NCBI RefSeq assembly: GCF_006345805.1 | Contig: NC_043004.1 | Coordinates: 45,198,001 to 45,262,000, forward strand | Source: Octopus sinensis | Taxonomy: Eukaryota | DNA length: 64,000 nucleotides | Reading direction: 5' to 3' | Shown: positions 26,191-40,994 of the stretch, one piece after another | How positions within the stretch are numbered: the stretch's first letter is position 1 | How the letters are laid out: every line of letters starts with the position of its first letter | Program-made: the position numbers and the translations under genes | Notes under the pieces: model-generated | What the model was told of the DNA's origin: nothing | The model's database searches: none | What the model saw: the letters and a program-made list of their open reading frames with translations, nothing else

Positions 26191-27141
26191 TTTTTACTAG
26201 GCTAGTATTTAGTTGATAGATCTGTTAGACTACCAGATATGCATTGAAGAAATATTCTCTGCTCTTTGCCTTCTGAGGCCAAATCTTTTCAAAGTCAGAC
26301 ATTTATTTTTATCCTTCTAGCTTTGATAAAATACCAGTTCAGGATAAGGAATTATTATCCACCCCCTCTCTCTCTCTCTCCCTTTTTCCTCTCTTCCCTC
26401 TCCCTCCTCCTATATTTTTCTCTCCCAAAATTGTTTATGCTGCTGAGCCATGAGAAGATTGTTGGAGACCACTCATGGTGATCACTTCTTCCAGCAAACT
26501 GAAGATTGAGTTAGAATCTAGCAATATCTTTTCATTTTGCATGCTACAAAACCTGTCCAAGAAAACCATGGAACATAGTGGGCGTGAATAGACAAATGTC
26601 GTCTAGGTCACAAAACAGAATAAGATAATGATGACGTTTATAGCTCTGCTTTATTTCATACAGTTATATATCTCACTCCAGTGAAACCCATGATTTTCAA
26701 GTCTGACCTCACGACTTTGACCTTTATGCACTTTGGCCCCAATTATAATTTTTCATATAAAACTTTCACTTTTCTTCAATTTTTCATCTGGGTTTGAAAT
26801 TTATAGTAATCTGCCCATTTTTTTTTTAATCAATGATTAGGAGAAATGTCCTAAACTCAATCAAGCCAAATAGATTTTTATGTGGTTACTCAATCAAACC
26901 AATGAGAAATCCACTACATGGTCATTTGATCTGCCAGAAAAAGCAGCAAAATTGCTGTTCTTATGAATTTGAATAAGTCAATGAATACCTATAGGATGTA
27001 TTGGCTCTCAGTACACACATCATCATAATCGTTTTTACATCCACTTTTTCATGCTGGCATGAGCTGGATGAAACTGTTTGAGGTAGTGTGGAATAGCCAT
27101 GATACCCTTTAAGTTGTATCTTGTGATATGCAAATATACAG

Positions 27142-27358
27142 CATCATCATCATCATCATCATCATCGTTTAACGTCCACTTTCCATGCTAGCATGGGTTG
27201 GACGATTTTGACTGAGGGCTAGAGTACTAGATGGTTGCACCAGTCTCCAATCTTGATTTGGCAGAGTTTCTACAACTGGATGCCCTTCCTAACGCCAACC
27301 ACTCCGAGAGTGTAGTGGGTGCTTTTTATGTGCCACCGGCACGGGGGCCAGTCAGGCA
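27142..27358 (-). mobile_element. Family B repeat
   Basis: (CAT)n tail followed by the reverse complement of the family body. Confidence 0.85.
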
Positions 27359-27375
27359 GTAATTCTAAAATTAGT

Positions 27376-27603
27376 GGCGAGCTGGCAGAAACGTTAGCAC
27401 GCCGGGCGAAATGCTTAGCGGTATTTCATCTGCCGTTACGTTGTGAGTTCAAGTTCCGCCAAGGTCGACTTTGCCTTTCATCCTTTCGGGGTCGATAAAT
27501 TAAGTACCAGTTACGCACTGGGGTCGATGTAATCGACTTGATACCTATGTCTGTCCTTGTTTGTCCCCTCTGTGTTCAGCCCCTTGTGGGCAGTAAAGAA
27601 ATA
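27376..27603 (+). mobile_element. tRNA-derived SINE family E (Deu/Nin-domain-like)
   Basis: A box TGGCAGAAACGTTAG, B box GAGTTCAAGTTCC, central GCCTTTCATCCTTTCGGGGTCGATAAATTAAGTACC. A second copy lies at 59821. Confidence 0.85.
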
Positions 27604-28320
27604 GGTAATTCTAACATACTTACTGGCTACACTCAGTGCTTGGAAAGGAAACAGTAAAGAAAGAAAATGAATTCATTGCAATAGAAATGCTTTTGATTGC
27701 AAGATCAGGTAATTCAAGGGCAGCCTGGGGTTCAACAACTGCTTCCAACAACTTAGAAGTAAACCTGACATATTGTGCTTTATATACAGTAAATTGTACT
27801 CTGATTGTCTAACTTCAAACAAGAGTAACTCTTTACTGTATAATAACTACTAAGGTAAGATCCTGAATTCATAAAGAAAAGTTTGGTTTTGATCAAATTG
27901 ATTTGCATACGGGATTACTCTGTGGAAAGCTGTATCATTGTTGAGACAGTTTATTATTGATCTCAAGAGAAACACTGATCCTGTTATTGGTAAACCTGTC
28001 CCTAATGAAGTTTTCATGTCTTATGGCAGTCTTTATGACACGTGTTCAATATTGATTTATCTCTTGCATAATTCACATCACTTACATGTTCAAACCCAGG
28101 TCGATGCATTCATGGCATGTTCAAGTGTCGTGTTTGTCTTTCACGAGTTAGTTTAGAATTGGGTATACATACAAGTAACCTCACAGCTGTTATTCCACCT
28201 TCTCCTGGCCATCTAAGCTTCTTCAATCAATATAAATTATTATGCATTATAAAAGTTGGGAAAGGCTGAGTAAAGGTGCTGAGTATTCACTCTGCACTTT
28301 AGTTAAGTATAAATCAGGTT

Positions 28321-28540
28321 ACTCTCTTTACTCTTTACTTGTTTCAGTCATTTGACTGTGGCCATGCTGGAGCACCGCCTTTAGTCGAGCAGATTGACCC
28401 TAGGACTTATTCTTTGTAAGCATAGTACTTATTCTATCGGTCTCTTTTGCTGAACCACTAAGTTACAGGGACATAAACACACCAGTATCGGTTGTCAAGC
28501 GATGTTGGGGGGACTAACACAGACACACAAACATATACAT

Positions 28541-28588
<48 letters not shown>

Positions 28589-28594
28589 ATATAC

Positions 28595-28625
<31 letters not shown>

Positions 28626-28790
28626 TATGATGGGCTTCTTTCAGTTTCCGTCTACCAAATCCACTCACAAGGCTTTGGTCAACCCAAGGCTATAGTAGAA
28701 GACACTTGCCCAAGGTACCACGCAGTGGGACTGAACCCGGAACCATGTGGTTCGTAAGCAATCTACTTACCACACGGCCACTCCTACGCC
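28321..28790 (-). mobile_element. SINE family A, full length
   Basis: End-to-end match. Confidence 0.9.
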
Positions 28791-30149
28791 TATAGGTTAT
28801 GGATGATGAGTTATTGTTTTAGTCATCCTCACTTCTACAAACCTATAATGAAAATCATTCCAGCCATGACCATCCTGTCTGTTTTGTTTTCCATGTGTTT
28901 TCATTGTAGACTCATCCTTATCGTTCCGAGTGTGGTGCTAGATTAAATCCGCTTTGTGCATTTTATCATGTGTGGGTTTTGAGAGGTCCTTTTAGTCTTG
29001 TCAAAGACATGGTTATCTATCTAGTGCTAGTTCCAAAATAAGAATGCTCTCACTACACTCTGTAAAGTGGTTGGTGTTAGAAACGGCATCCAACCTTAGA
29101 AGCAAGTTATGGCAGATAAAAAACAATGGCAACAGTGACACATAGTGACAGTGATGAGTGTATCTATTACTACTAAGCATAGCATTTCTATTTTAAGATG
29201 TTAAGGTATAGGTCAAAAGGGATTCGGCTGTTTCTTTTAGCAGACAGAATTTACAAGAGGAGTTAAGGAGAGATGTAGACATTTGAAAAGCAGTAATGCT
29301 AACTACTGATCCTGTCCACCCATTTCTTTCGTTTTATTTTCCCTCTCTTTCTTCAGGAAGCTTTAGGTTGAATTCAAAAATAGTTTGGTCCAATATGGGG
29401 AGATTAAAATAGAAAATCTCTGGGTTGGGAGTTACAGTAAACCAAATTGACACTGCTACTCCCCTTATTGTTCATTGTTCACAGTCTTGTCTCAATGCTA
29501 TATTTTCTTTACTTTTTCTTGTCTTGCATATGTAAGTAGCCAAGTACCTCAGTTCATTTAAATATATACGCACATACACACATGAACATACATACGTGTG
29601 CATGTGTGTGTGTGTATATATATATATATCATCATCATTTATGTCTGTCTGATGACGATTACACACACACACACATATTCCTGTTTTCTCTATAACTACT
29701 ACCAATGACTCTACACACTACCAGCACCACTTTCAGTTCTGCTGTGAGTGGTCATGATGCTGTTCATTTTGAAAATGGTGCTGGTGATGGTTATGATTAT
29801 GAAGGGTGTACTGAGTTCAGTCAAGGTGGGAAAGAATCAAAGACAGCCAGATGTGTGTGCTGAGTGAAGTTTTTTTGTTTTTTTTCTAATTCTAATTTTC
29901 TTCATTTCCACATTGCCCCAAAGCAATAACCACGTTTCTAGATCAAAGACACACACACACACACACACTCACACTCACACAATTTATCACATTCACATGT
30001 ATGCATGCATATGCACACTCAAACAAATTAACACAAGGAATCACACTTTCGCTTCAATTTTTCTTCTCTCCATTGTATTTATATTTATTTCTATTTCTGT
30101 GCCAGTCTACATATCTGTCTATATATTTGAATGCCTATTAGTCTATGTG

Positions 30150-30211
<62 letters not shown>

Positions 30212-30467
30212 TGTACATGCACACACACATACATGCATGCACTCTCACAGACGTACAGCAAATAGTGAGGTTAGACACTGATATTTTTTAAAATGTAAAA
30301 CACAAAATTTCTTTCTCTTTCTCCCACCCCCCTATCTGTATATATATAAATACACATGCACACATCTAATGAATGGCAGAATTTGATTATATAAGAGTGT
30401 GTGTGTGTATGAAATGTGCACAAATATTTAATATACCCACATATAAACACTTGTTATTATTAACATG

Positions 30468-30501
<34 letters not shown>

Positions 30502-33500
30502 TTTTTTGTTTAGATGTTCTTGTTGGATCATGTATTAGTTCAGACCATATAAACTATGATTACTACATTGGGACAAACATAACCCCACACACACACACAC
30601 ACACACAGATATTTAGATATGAAGACATTTATTTTCAGTGCAGTGCCTTCAGCATGTTTTTCTTTCTTTGGTTTTTTATTTTTATTATTTTTATATTTTT
30701 TTTACTCTTTAAAGACTGCTAGGATCAGCAAGTTTTCCTCTTTTTATCTTATCGAAATACACAGCCCACTCCCTGATGTGAATGTACCTCTTCCACCAAC
30801 TGGAATTGCTCACCCTATCACTAACAACTAGACTGATCAGGACAGGCTGTATATACAAACTATACACAAATATACTTTGTATTCATGGAATGTCTACACC
30901 AGGGAACCAAGAATAAGGTTAAGAAGACATGTAAGGGGCAGAATGTTGGCTGTCTTCATCACCACCATCATCATCGCACCATCATCATTATCATCACCAC
31001 CACCACTACCATTAGTGGCTGTTTCTACAAACTCAGTCTTGTGCTACAGTATGGCAAACACCAAATTAATGTCATATACATACCCATTAGAATAACAGCT
31101 TATAACACAAATTTCAGGTTACCCACCACTGCCTGCCCTCCCATTAGATCCCGAACAGTACAAAGCAATCACACATACTTTTCAGAATAGCTGCTGCATC
31201 AGTTTTTGTCTCTCAGCCCAAACAGTCCTTGATCTGGGTTATCAGATTTATTTTTTCACTGCTCTAATGCGCAGGTATGGTTGTGGGGTTAAGATGTTCA
31301 CTTGGCAACTACATGGTTCCAAGTTTGATTCCATCGTCAGGCACCTTGTTGTTGTAGCATTGGTTTAGGTGGTTCAATATCTTATCAGTGAAATTTGTTT
31401 GACAGAAGCTATGTGGATGTCCATCACTTGTGCGTGTGCTTTCATTTATTTTTATGTCAGTTTTCCATGCTCTCATAAGTTTGACTAATATATATATATT
31501 ATTGAAGCTTGCTTGGAGACAGACATGGGTTAGCAATGGGAAGGGCTTCTGATTAGAAAGTCTCGGTTAAAAAGTGCCAAATCCATGCTGACATGAAAAA
31601 GTTGGTGTTAAAAATGATGAGAAAACAATGTTACGTGCACACACGCACACACGCGCGCACATACACACACACACACATTTGGTCTTTGTATAGCTTCCAT
31701 TTGCCAAATTAACACAAACAAGTATTGGGTAGAAGACTCTTACCCAGGCTGCTACACAGACTGAACTGAAATCATGAGGTTGGGAAGCCAGTTCCTTAGC
31801 TACGCTGCTATATCTGTGCCTATTGTGTGTATTATATGTGTGTGTGTGACAACTGTGGAAAATGCATGCTCTTTGAATAAAATTCTTTGTAATATTTGTT
31901 TTGTACAGAGTTAATGACATTCCCTTGTTTTGGAAATACTGTGGACCTGTGATTTGCCTTTTTTTTAAACCTGCAAACAAAAATGTTATTGTTCACAGAT
32001 TGTAATATAAAATAACTATATAATAGATATGAAATAACTGTGTTATAAATATATGTGGTTTAACTGCTTTAATCTCAACAACCTGTTGATATTCTTTTGC
32101 AGGTGGTCTCTCTTACAAAGAAGTGTTCAATAAGAGGAAGCTGTTGCAATATAGTGTAAGTTACTGTTTGATTTGAATTATTGCAGATTATTTGTAGTAT
32201 GTTGAATGATAAAGTGGATTGGAGGATTTGTAGGGAAACATTCTTGGGGAGTAATTTTGGAGCCAAAAGATTTTGTGCAAGAAAATCATAGTTTATCGGA
32301 TATATGTGCCAGTGAGAGAATCTGTAAGTAATTGATGAATCTGCTGGAAATACCTGCTGCTGCTGTTCCTGTTGTTGTTGTTGTTGTTGCTGAAGGAAAG
32401 TAGGGAAACTGAATGCTCAGACTGAGCAGTTAAATCAGTGATAGTGTCTATAACTAGTACTATTACTACTACTACTACTACTGCTGCTGCTATGTTCCTA
32501 TTGCTGCCGTTGCTGCTGCAAAATTTTATCTTTTTCAATTTATTCCTGTTTCTTTTATTTTGACACTACTGACATTATTTTGTCAGTTGGGTGTGTCTCT
32601 GATGTGGGATAGCTTTTATGTTTGTCTGTTTGCCTGTCTGTCTCTCCATGTGTGTGTGTATATATTTATGTCAACATGTATACACATTCACACATCTACG
32701 TATACTTACATATGTACAGACAGACGGACAGGCAGACATAACCACTTTTATGTGCACGGCTGAAGTGATGTATGTGTCTATGTACATATGCCTATGTATC
32801 TGTATCAATATATGTGTACACATTCACACTTATATACATAGACAGACAATCAGACGAAACCACATTTGTGTGGGTGGCTGTGGTGATGTACTTTTGCGTG
32901 CACGCGTGTCTGCGTAGTTTTATTATATACATGCATAAAAACAAATTGATTATCCACATGCTTGTTGTGTGTATATTATATACACAGACAGACACAAACT
33001 TTTCATCTCCAAGACATTGATAAACAACACATGCCTGGTGTAAGGATCAAATGTAGTTCTCTTCACAGCAGATTTTATTTTGTCCGCGAGTCACTCTTAC
33101 ACCACCACTGCATTTCCCCTTCCATGCCTTTTGTATCTATCTTTCTAGCTATTTCTCTGTCCATTTATCTATCTATCTTTCTTTCTATTCTTTCATCTGT
33201 CTGTCTCTCACCTCCCCTCTCGTCATTTTTGTCTTTATATGCCTGTGTGTCCGTATTATCTGTCCATGTTTCTACTTGTCAGTCTATCTGCTTTGCCATT
33301 TGTTTATATCTGTCTGTTTATCTATCCTTTCATTATTTCTTTGTTTGTTTGTTCATTTATTGAGCAATATGCATAGGAAAGGCTATACTTATTGCCTTCT
33401 GAGGAACTCAGAGGATGTCGGAAAGTGATGTTCTATTACCTATCTATAAATATGTCTTTCAGTATAATCTGTTCATCTATTTGACAATCTAATCTCTTAT

Positions 33501-33562
33501 ATTTATATGTGTGTATACACACACACACACCACACATACATATATGTGTGTATGTCTATATA

Positions 33563-33797
33563 CGACGATTTCATCTCAATCGAAGGAAAGTGGCTCTCTC
33601 CGTCCGGGTTGCGGATCCGTGAAATAAGCTGCCGGATGAGACAGTGAAGATGCCGACGACCGCTTGGTTCAAAGACTCTCTTGACCAGAAATGGCCTGAA
33701 CTCTTTGCATGAACACCCTCCCTGTACATAACTCCATGTCCCACTACATGGCCTTGCTTTTGCTTTTTGAGCCAAAAAAATTAAATTAAATTAAATT
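33563..33797 (+). mobile_element. 5'-truncated CR1 LINE 3' end with (AAATT)n tail
   Basis: Frame RRFHLNRRKVALSVRVADP*NKLPDETVKMPTTAWFKDSLDQKWPELFA* matches the CR1 C-terminal pattern (RK.FFSVRV...WN.LP..VV......FK..LD). Confidence 0.75.
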
Positions 33798-34451
33798 TTT
33801 TAAAAATATCTATCTGTATACCTGTTCATCTATTTTTTTTTTCTGTCTATCTTTGACTTTTGCATTAATTTAATTCCTTCCTCTTCTTACTTTCTTTTTC
33901 AAATGTCAACAATTTCCATACTGTATATGAACTCATGTCATATGCAACAACTGTTAATAACAACAGGAAATTTTAGATAAACCACTGTTTTACCGCTTGT
34001 AAAAAGTATGTAACCCACTGGTTAGAGTATTTGAGTCACAGTTGGTAGGTTATGGGTCCAATTCTCAGACTGGACTGTGTTTTCTATCTCTTATTTTATG
34101 GGACTTTATTTTGTATTTCTCTTGTTACACTCAGCTGAAAAAGAATAGTAATAGTACCTTGTGTCCTTCCAGACGAGGAGAGAATCTTGAATTGCCACCC
34201 CTCTCAAACACCTTGAGAATCTGAGTTAGATCCAACTACAGGGACATGAAGGCTTGAAACAGATCACTGGTTGTTATATACATGTTTGGACCCTGAAAAG
34301 TCTAATATTATCTTGATGTGTGTGTGTATGTGTTTTCAAAACTGAGGGCCCTTTTGATTGCTATTTTGAAGTTCATGTTGTACTTAAAGATGCACAAATC
34401 AGTAAAACATAAAAGTTTACCCTCAGTTTTCTATAATAAAGGAACTCTACT

Positions 34452-34991
34452 ATATAGATATATATATAATATATATATATATATAATATTGTATATATAG
34501 TATATGTATATATATGTATATGTATGTCTATGTATATATATGTATATGTATATATATGTATATATATGATAGGTATATATATGTATATGTAATATATATG
34601 TATATGTATATATATGTATATGTATATATATATGTATATGTATATATATATGTATATGATATATATATGTATATATATATATGTATATATATATGTATAT
34701 GTATATATATATATATGTATATGTATTATATATATATATGTATATATATATGTATATATATGTATATGTATATATATATATGTATATATATTATATATAT
34801 GTATATTATGTATATATATATATATATGTTATATATGTATATATATATGTATATATATATATATATGTATATATAGGTATGTATATATATATGTATATAT
34901 ATGTATATATTATATTATATATGTATATGTATATATATGTATATGTTATATATATGTATTATATATGTAATAAATAATGTATATATATGTA

Positions 34992-35032
<41 letters not shown>

Positions 35033-35105
35033 GTATATATATAATATGTATATGTTATATATATGTATATATATATGTATATATATATATATATGTATAT
35101 ATATG

Positions 35106-35156
<51 letters not shown>

Positions 35157-35702
35157 CTATATATGTATATATATGTATATATATATATAGATATATGTAT
35201 ATATATGTTATATATTATATATATGTATATATATATATGTATATATATGTATATATATATATATATGTATTTATAAATATATGCATATATATATGTATAT
35301 ATATGTATATATATGATATATATGTATATATATGTGTATATATATGTATATATATGTATATATATATGTATATATATGTGTATATATATGTATATATATG
35401 TATATATATATATGTATATATATATGTAGATATATGTGTATATATAGTATATCTATGTATATATATATGATATATATGTATATTTATTATGTAATATATA
35501 TATGTCATATATGTATATATATATATGTATATATATAATGTATATATATATGTATATATATGTATATATATATGTATATATATGTGTATATATATATGTG
35601 TAATATATATGTGTTATATATATATGTGTATATATATGTGTATATATATATGTGTATATATATATGTATATATTATATGTATATGTAATATATATGTATA
35701 CG
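34452..35702. repeat. 1.25 kb degenerate (TA)n/(TATG)n array
   Basis: Read directly. Confidence 0.95.
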
Positions 35703-35914
35703 TATGGAAAATTTTAATCATATCCGTATATGATATACAGATCGTGTATATTTGTCTTAGGTCTTTTATGATGAAGTGTAACCTATGTAGATGACTTATA
35801 TTTAATATATTTAATCATAATGACACAAACGTTGCAAGTCTAAAAGAAGAATATAAATGTAAATTTCATATTTCTATTACTATATTGTAGTTATGGCTCT
35901 CTTTTATATATGTT

Positions 35915-36028
35915 ATCCAAATCGTTATATATATATATTATATATATGTATATATTATATAGGTATAATGTATATGTGTATGTATATATATATATGTATA
36001 TATATAACATGTATATTATATATAGATG

Positions 36029-36061
<33 letters not shown>

Positions 36062-36107
36062 TATATGTATATATATATATATATATATGATATATATATA
36101 TGTCTAC

Positions 36108-36168
<61 letters not shown>

Positions 36169-36264
36169 TGTATATTATCTATATATATATATATATATGT
36201 ATTGATATATATATATATGTATATATATGTATATATATATATATAGATATATATATATATATAT
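35915..36264. repeat. (TA)n array
   Basis: Read directly. Confidence 0.95.
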
Positions 36265-36591
36265 AAGAGAACAAGGTGTACATATGCCGCAATAATATAT
36301 GTATAAAAAATCTCTATAAAAATACAAAATGGGACAAGAACGCATAAAACATTCAAATAGACGATACAAAAAACGGACGGGTCATTCGAAGCCTCTAATC
36401 TTCATTCAAGAACCGGACATCCTCAGCCGAAATGCGAGGATGATCCGGTTCTTGACTGAAGATTAAGAGGCTTCGAATGACCCGTCCGTTTTTTGTATCG
36501 TCTATTTGAATGTTTTATGCGTTCTTGTCCCATTTTGTATTTTTATAGAGATTTGTTATACTATATTTTTCATAGTACACCTTGTTCTCTT
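36265..36591. mobile_element. About 330 bp fold-back (palindromic) element between TA arrays, probably Penelope-like
   Basis: AAGAGAACAAGGTGTAC...CATCCTC-AGCCGAAATGC-GAGGATG...GTACACCTTGTTCTCTT. The arms are highly similar. Confidence 0.7.
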
Positions 36592-36709
36592 ATATATTAT
36601 ATATTATATACATATACATATATATATATATACATATATATATTTAAATATACACATATACACACACACACGCACACACACATATACATACACACACACA
36701 TATATACAT

Positions 36710-36743
<34 letters not shown>

Positions 36744-37525
36744 ACATACACACACACATATATGATGTGTATATAGTTTTCTTGTTTGTAAATTCAATAT
36801 GTGTGTGTGTGTGTGCATGCACATATGTATATGCACCACCCAATTTATCTATGCATCATCAATTCTATTGATAATACTTTCAGGATGATGAGTTATCCAT
36901 GCCTTGAGTAATAATTTAATATAATTAAACTGAAATAGAATGAAGCCTGTGTTATAATAATGAACTAACAAAAAAAAAAGTCAAGAATATTTCTGCCTGG
37001 TCAGTAGATCTGCTAGAAAAAAAGCAGTTAAATCTTTCTGAAATCACATCTTCATTCTTTAAAACTTAGATCTTAGTATCAGTTTCTCCTCTCCCTCATT
37101 TAAAGGGATGGATATGAAATCTCTATCTAACAGGGTTGCAAGTGTATTATGAGTTTGTCACCAGGCCAAACTAAGCCAGACCTCTATCTGCCAGTTTATC
37201 TTTTCAAAAGTCCTGTCATGGAATGCTTTTACTGTGAGATCTGTTTGTTCAGATCTGACCTGTGGTTGTATAACAACTTGATACAGTGTGTTTGTATATG
37301 CTTATATTTGTGTGTGTGTGATATATGCGCTCTTTAATCTAACATTTACTTTCTCTTACTCTATATTTCTCTTAATTTATCTCTCTCTCTCCTTCAATCT
37401 TGGCCTCTTATTTCACTTTCCCTTACATCATTCACGTCTTTGTACACATACACAACACAAGCAACTGGAGACATCTTATTACAACACCAAGCACATGTTG
37501 CGCAACCTAAAACACATACCTACAG

Positions 37526-37562
<37 letters not shown>

Positions 37563-39627
37563 AAACAAACAAACAAACAATCTGCCTCCTACTCGCATAT
37601 CTATATACATCCCGTGAGTGACAAATCTGAGGTCCATGTGAATTTCCTTTTTTTTTTTCTTTATTTTCATCTTATGTTTTCTCACATTACTATCAAAGAA
37701 GTGATGTAAGCTGTAGAACGTGTGGGTGTATGTGTACACACACGCACACACACACACACACACATCTTTGAACATACACACACGTTTGTGGGCTAGTTGG
37801 TAGATGGGAAGATGAATAAGAGAAACGGTAAGGCTATTTATGATAGTGTTACATATGTATGTATTTGTGCATGTGTTTCATATTTCAAATGTTTGGTATG
37901 TTTATTCATATATTCACATATATATATCATCATACACACAGGTGGACATCACATTTGTGTGTGTCTATGTGTATGCATGCATATATATACAGATAGATGC
38001 GTATCTATGTGTGTGTGCGCATGTATATATACATGTATATATGTATGTATATATACATGTATATATGTATGCATATATACGTGTATATATATATATGTAT
38101 ATATATATGTGTGTGTTTCAGTATGTGTGTGTGTGTATATGTATGCACAAATATGTATACATACATGCATACATACATACTTATATACAAATACACAAAC
38201 ACATGCACACACCTACACAGGTGAACATTCATACAAATATATATGTGCACACATGCATTCAAATTGGTGTATGTGTTTGTCTGTTAGTGTGTGTGTGTGT
38301 GTATAGTTGTGTGGATATTTGCAAAGATGTATGTATGTGTATGGTTATATGCATATACATGTCTGTGTACATGGATGGGTACACAGAGAGAGAAACAGCA
38401 AGCCATGTAAAGAATGTTTATTGACTTTAGCCAGCATATTCAACTAATAATCTGCAGTGCTTAGAAAGTCAACAGCTTAAACAGATTGAGATGTGTCACT
38501 GGGAACATGTTAAGGTTTCCGTCGCTTCTAATGTAGTCTAAAGCTTACTGCCTGTATATATATATATATACACATACATACACACACACACAGCTGTGGT
38601 TGTGTATATGTGTGTGGTGAAAACCCTGGAACCTTGTTACTTGATAGAAGTCCTGCACTGTCTTTAAGGGAGTGTTGGAATGTTAATGTATCAAATAAGG
38701 AAAGTGAGAGAGAGAGAGCTGGCGAAAAGTGACACAGGCTCTTACAGAGATAAGCATAGACAGACAGATAGATAGATAGATGTTTATATAACTGAGACTG
38801 TTGGTTTCACTGCTGAGCTGGATAGGACTGTTTAATGTATGGAAAGTTTTACGGAGGCTGTGGTGAGTTGAAGAGACGCATGTTCTTTTTAATTTGTATC
38901 TATGTTGTGTGTGTTTGTATATGTGTCTTTGTGTACATGCTGATGCTTCTGTTTATGTATGTATATATCTCTCTGTTGATGTATGTGTTCATATCTCTCT
39001 CTTTCTCTTATATATGTATATGGTTGAAGTAACTTAATAGATAGTGTTATCAAACTGTTATTGTTATCAAAATTAGTGGGTCTCAAACATGCTTGGAATA
39101 TTGTTGTGTCTCTTCTGTTAATGTTATCAGTCTCTTATTGTTTTTTAGTCTGAAAGTGATCACAATAAGTAGTTTTTACTCTCTGTGCATATGTGTTTTT
39201 TCTTCTTCATGAATATAAATATAATTATAAAATTGTGTACACACACACACATACACACACACATGCATGTAATTCATTATCAGCCTGTATGTGTATGGTG
39301 TTTGTATGTCTGCAGTGAGAGAAAGCAAAGAGAGGTATATAGTTATATGTATATACACCAATTCAACCATCAATAGATAGATATTAAAAGACAGAAAATT
39401 GTGTTATAATGTCATCCAAAAGAATTTGGACTTTTCATTCTAATGGTACTTGACACTACTGGAGGGAGTAATGCTATCGAAAGGTACTGATGCAATGTGG
39501 TTGAGAGCTGACGAAGGGGGTCTCTGCTGCAATGAATTCATGCTGGTGTGTGAAACCTTGGGAACAGGATGAACATTACATCACATCTGTTAAAACTGTT
39601 GCAGTGTGTGCTGTTCTGGATGACTAA

Positions 39628-39816
39628 TCATAACTAGTTCTCCTCTGGAAGCTATCTACTCGCGATACCAGAGGACGCACACTCTCCTTCCCTGATGTAA
39701 TCTCCAGGGATACAGGCATCCAGCAACAGGACCTCCGTAATGCTATGATTGCCCGTGAAGTCTGGCGTAGCATGGTAAATTCCATTGTGTCGACCATGGT
39801 CGAACAATGATGATGA
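39628..39816 (+). mobile_element. RTE-X/RTE LINE 3' end with (TGA)n tail
   Basis: Frame LLWKLSTRDTRGRTLSFPDVISRDTGIQQQDLRNAMIAREVWRSMVNSIVSTMVEQ*** ends in TGATGATGA. Confidence 0.75.
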
Positions 39817-40344
39817 GTTGTCTGTGAATAAATCTTTTTACACAGCATTGGCTACTCAAGTAAGGTCATTTTATTCCCCTGCACATTGCATATTAGGCAG
39901 TCTTAGAAATGAAGGATCCTCTATATTTTCATTTCATTTGATAGAACTAATAGCTGCATTCCACTGAAATGAATACCTTGTATTCTATGTTATAGTCCTA
40001 CATATTGCTAAAGTGATGGGCTGGTCATCAAAGATAAAATAATTTTAATGATGGCTCTGCTTGATTTAGAGTTGACCTTCGACTAAGCAACAACAGTAAC
40101 AACACTAAACAGTTTAAGTGAGTGAGGAAGTCTCTATTGCCAAAAATGAGCTGGATGTGGCCCTTGCAGACTGTGATGCATGTAATTTTATGATTACACC
40201 AGCCTTTTATCAAAATATGTATTTCCCTTCAGACTTGATTACATGAAATAATTAATAAAGGTGTTTGTTAATTTTTAGTTTTGTTTTTCAAATCAAGATG
40301 AGCAATATCTTAGAGTTCTCTGATCAACAAAGGTTGTTCAGGAC

Positions 40345-40618
40345 TGTTCAGTGCTTTTACACAGCACTGGCGCAAATGCACCTCACATGGCACCAACATG
40401 AGTGCATTTTACATGGCACCAGCACCTGCAAAAGACATACATGTATGTAACGATGACCATGACTTTACTTAGCTTGTCACATCTTCTCATGTACAACAAA
40501 TTGCCACAACTGCTGGTCTCTTGTCGTTCCCTCTGGAGATCCTTTCTCACCATTTCTTCCCACATCTTTATAGGTCTACCTCTTCCACAAGTTTCCTCCA
40601 CAATTACAGATTGGCACT
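40345..40618 (-). mobile_element. RTE LINE C-terminus + 3' UTR fragment
   Basis: VEETCGRGRPIKMWEEMVRKDL (RTE GRGRP..W motif), followed by a UTR containing GTGCTGGTGCCATGTAAAATGCAC. Confidence 0.75.
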
Positions 40619-40943
40619 GTGTGTGTGCGTATGCACAGAAGCTACTGGTGGCATATTTATGTGATTATGTTTGGATGTTTTATTTTTACATTTCTTATAT
40701 ATTAAGACATTTGTGTTCTTGATTAAAGATATGAGAGGATGTTTAGTCTGTGTGTGTAAATAGATATCAATCCATACTGCTTGGTATCAGCACACGTGTG
40801 TGTGTGTGTGTGTGTGTGAGTGAGTGCATGTGTTGTAATATGGACTGTTGATCCATCAGTATGAGTGCTAGCATAAATACTTAGAAACATTCCTGTAAGG
40901 TTGTGTGTATATCTATGTAATTATATATAATTTTGATGCTAGA

Positions 40944-40992
<49 letters not shown>

Positions 40993-40994
<2 letters not shown>

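Noticed and set aside
27690-28160. Protein-like unique sequence, possibly a decayed transposase or Helitron ORF
   Set aside because: Multiple stops and no motif I can assign confidently.
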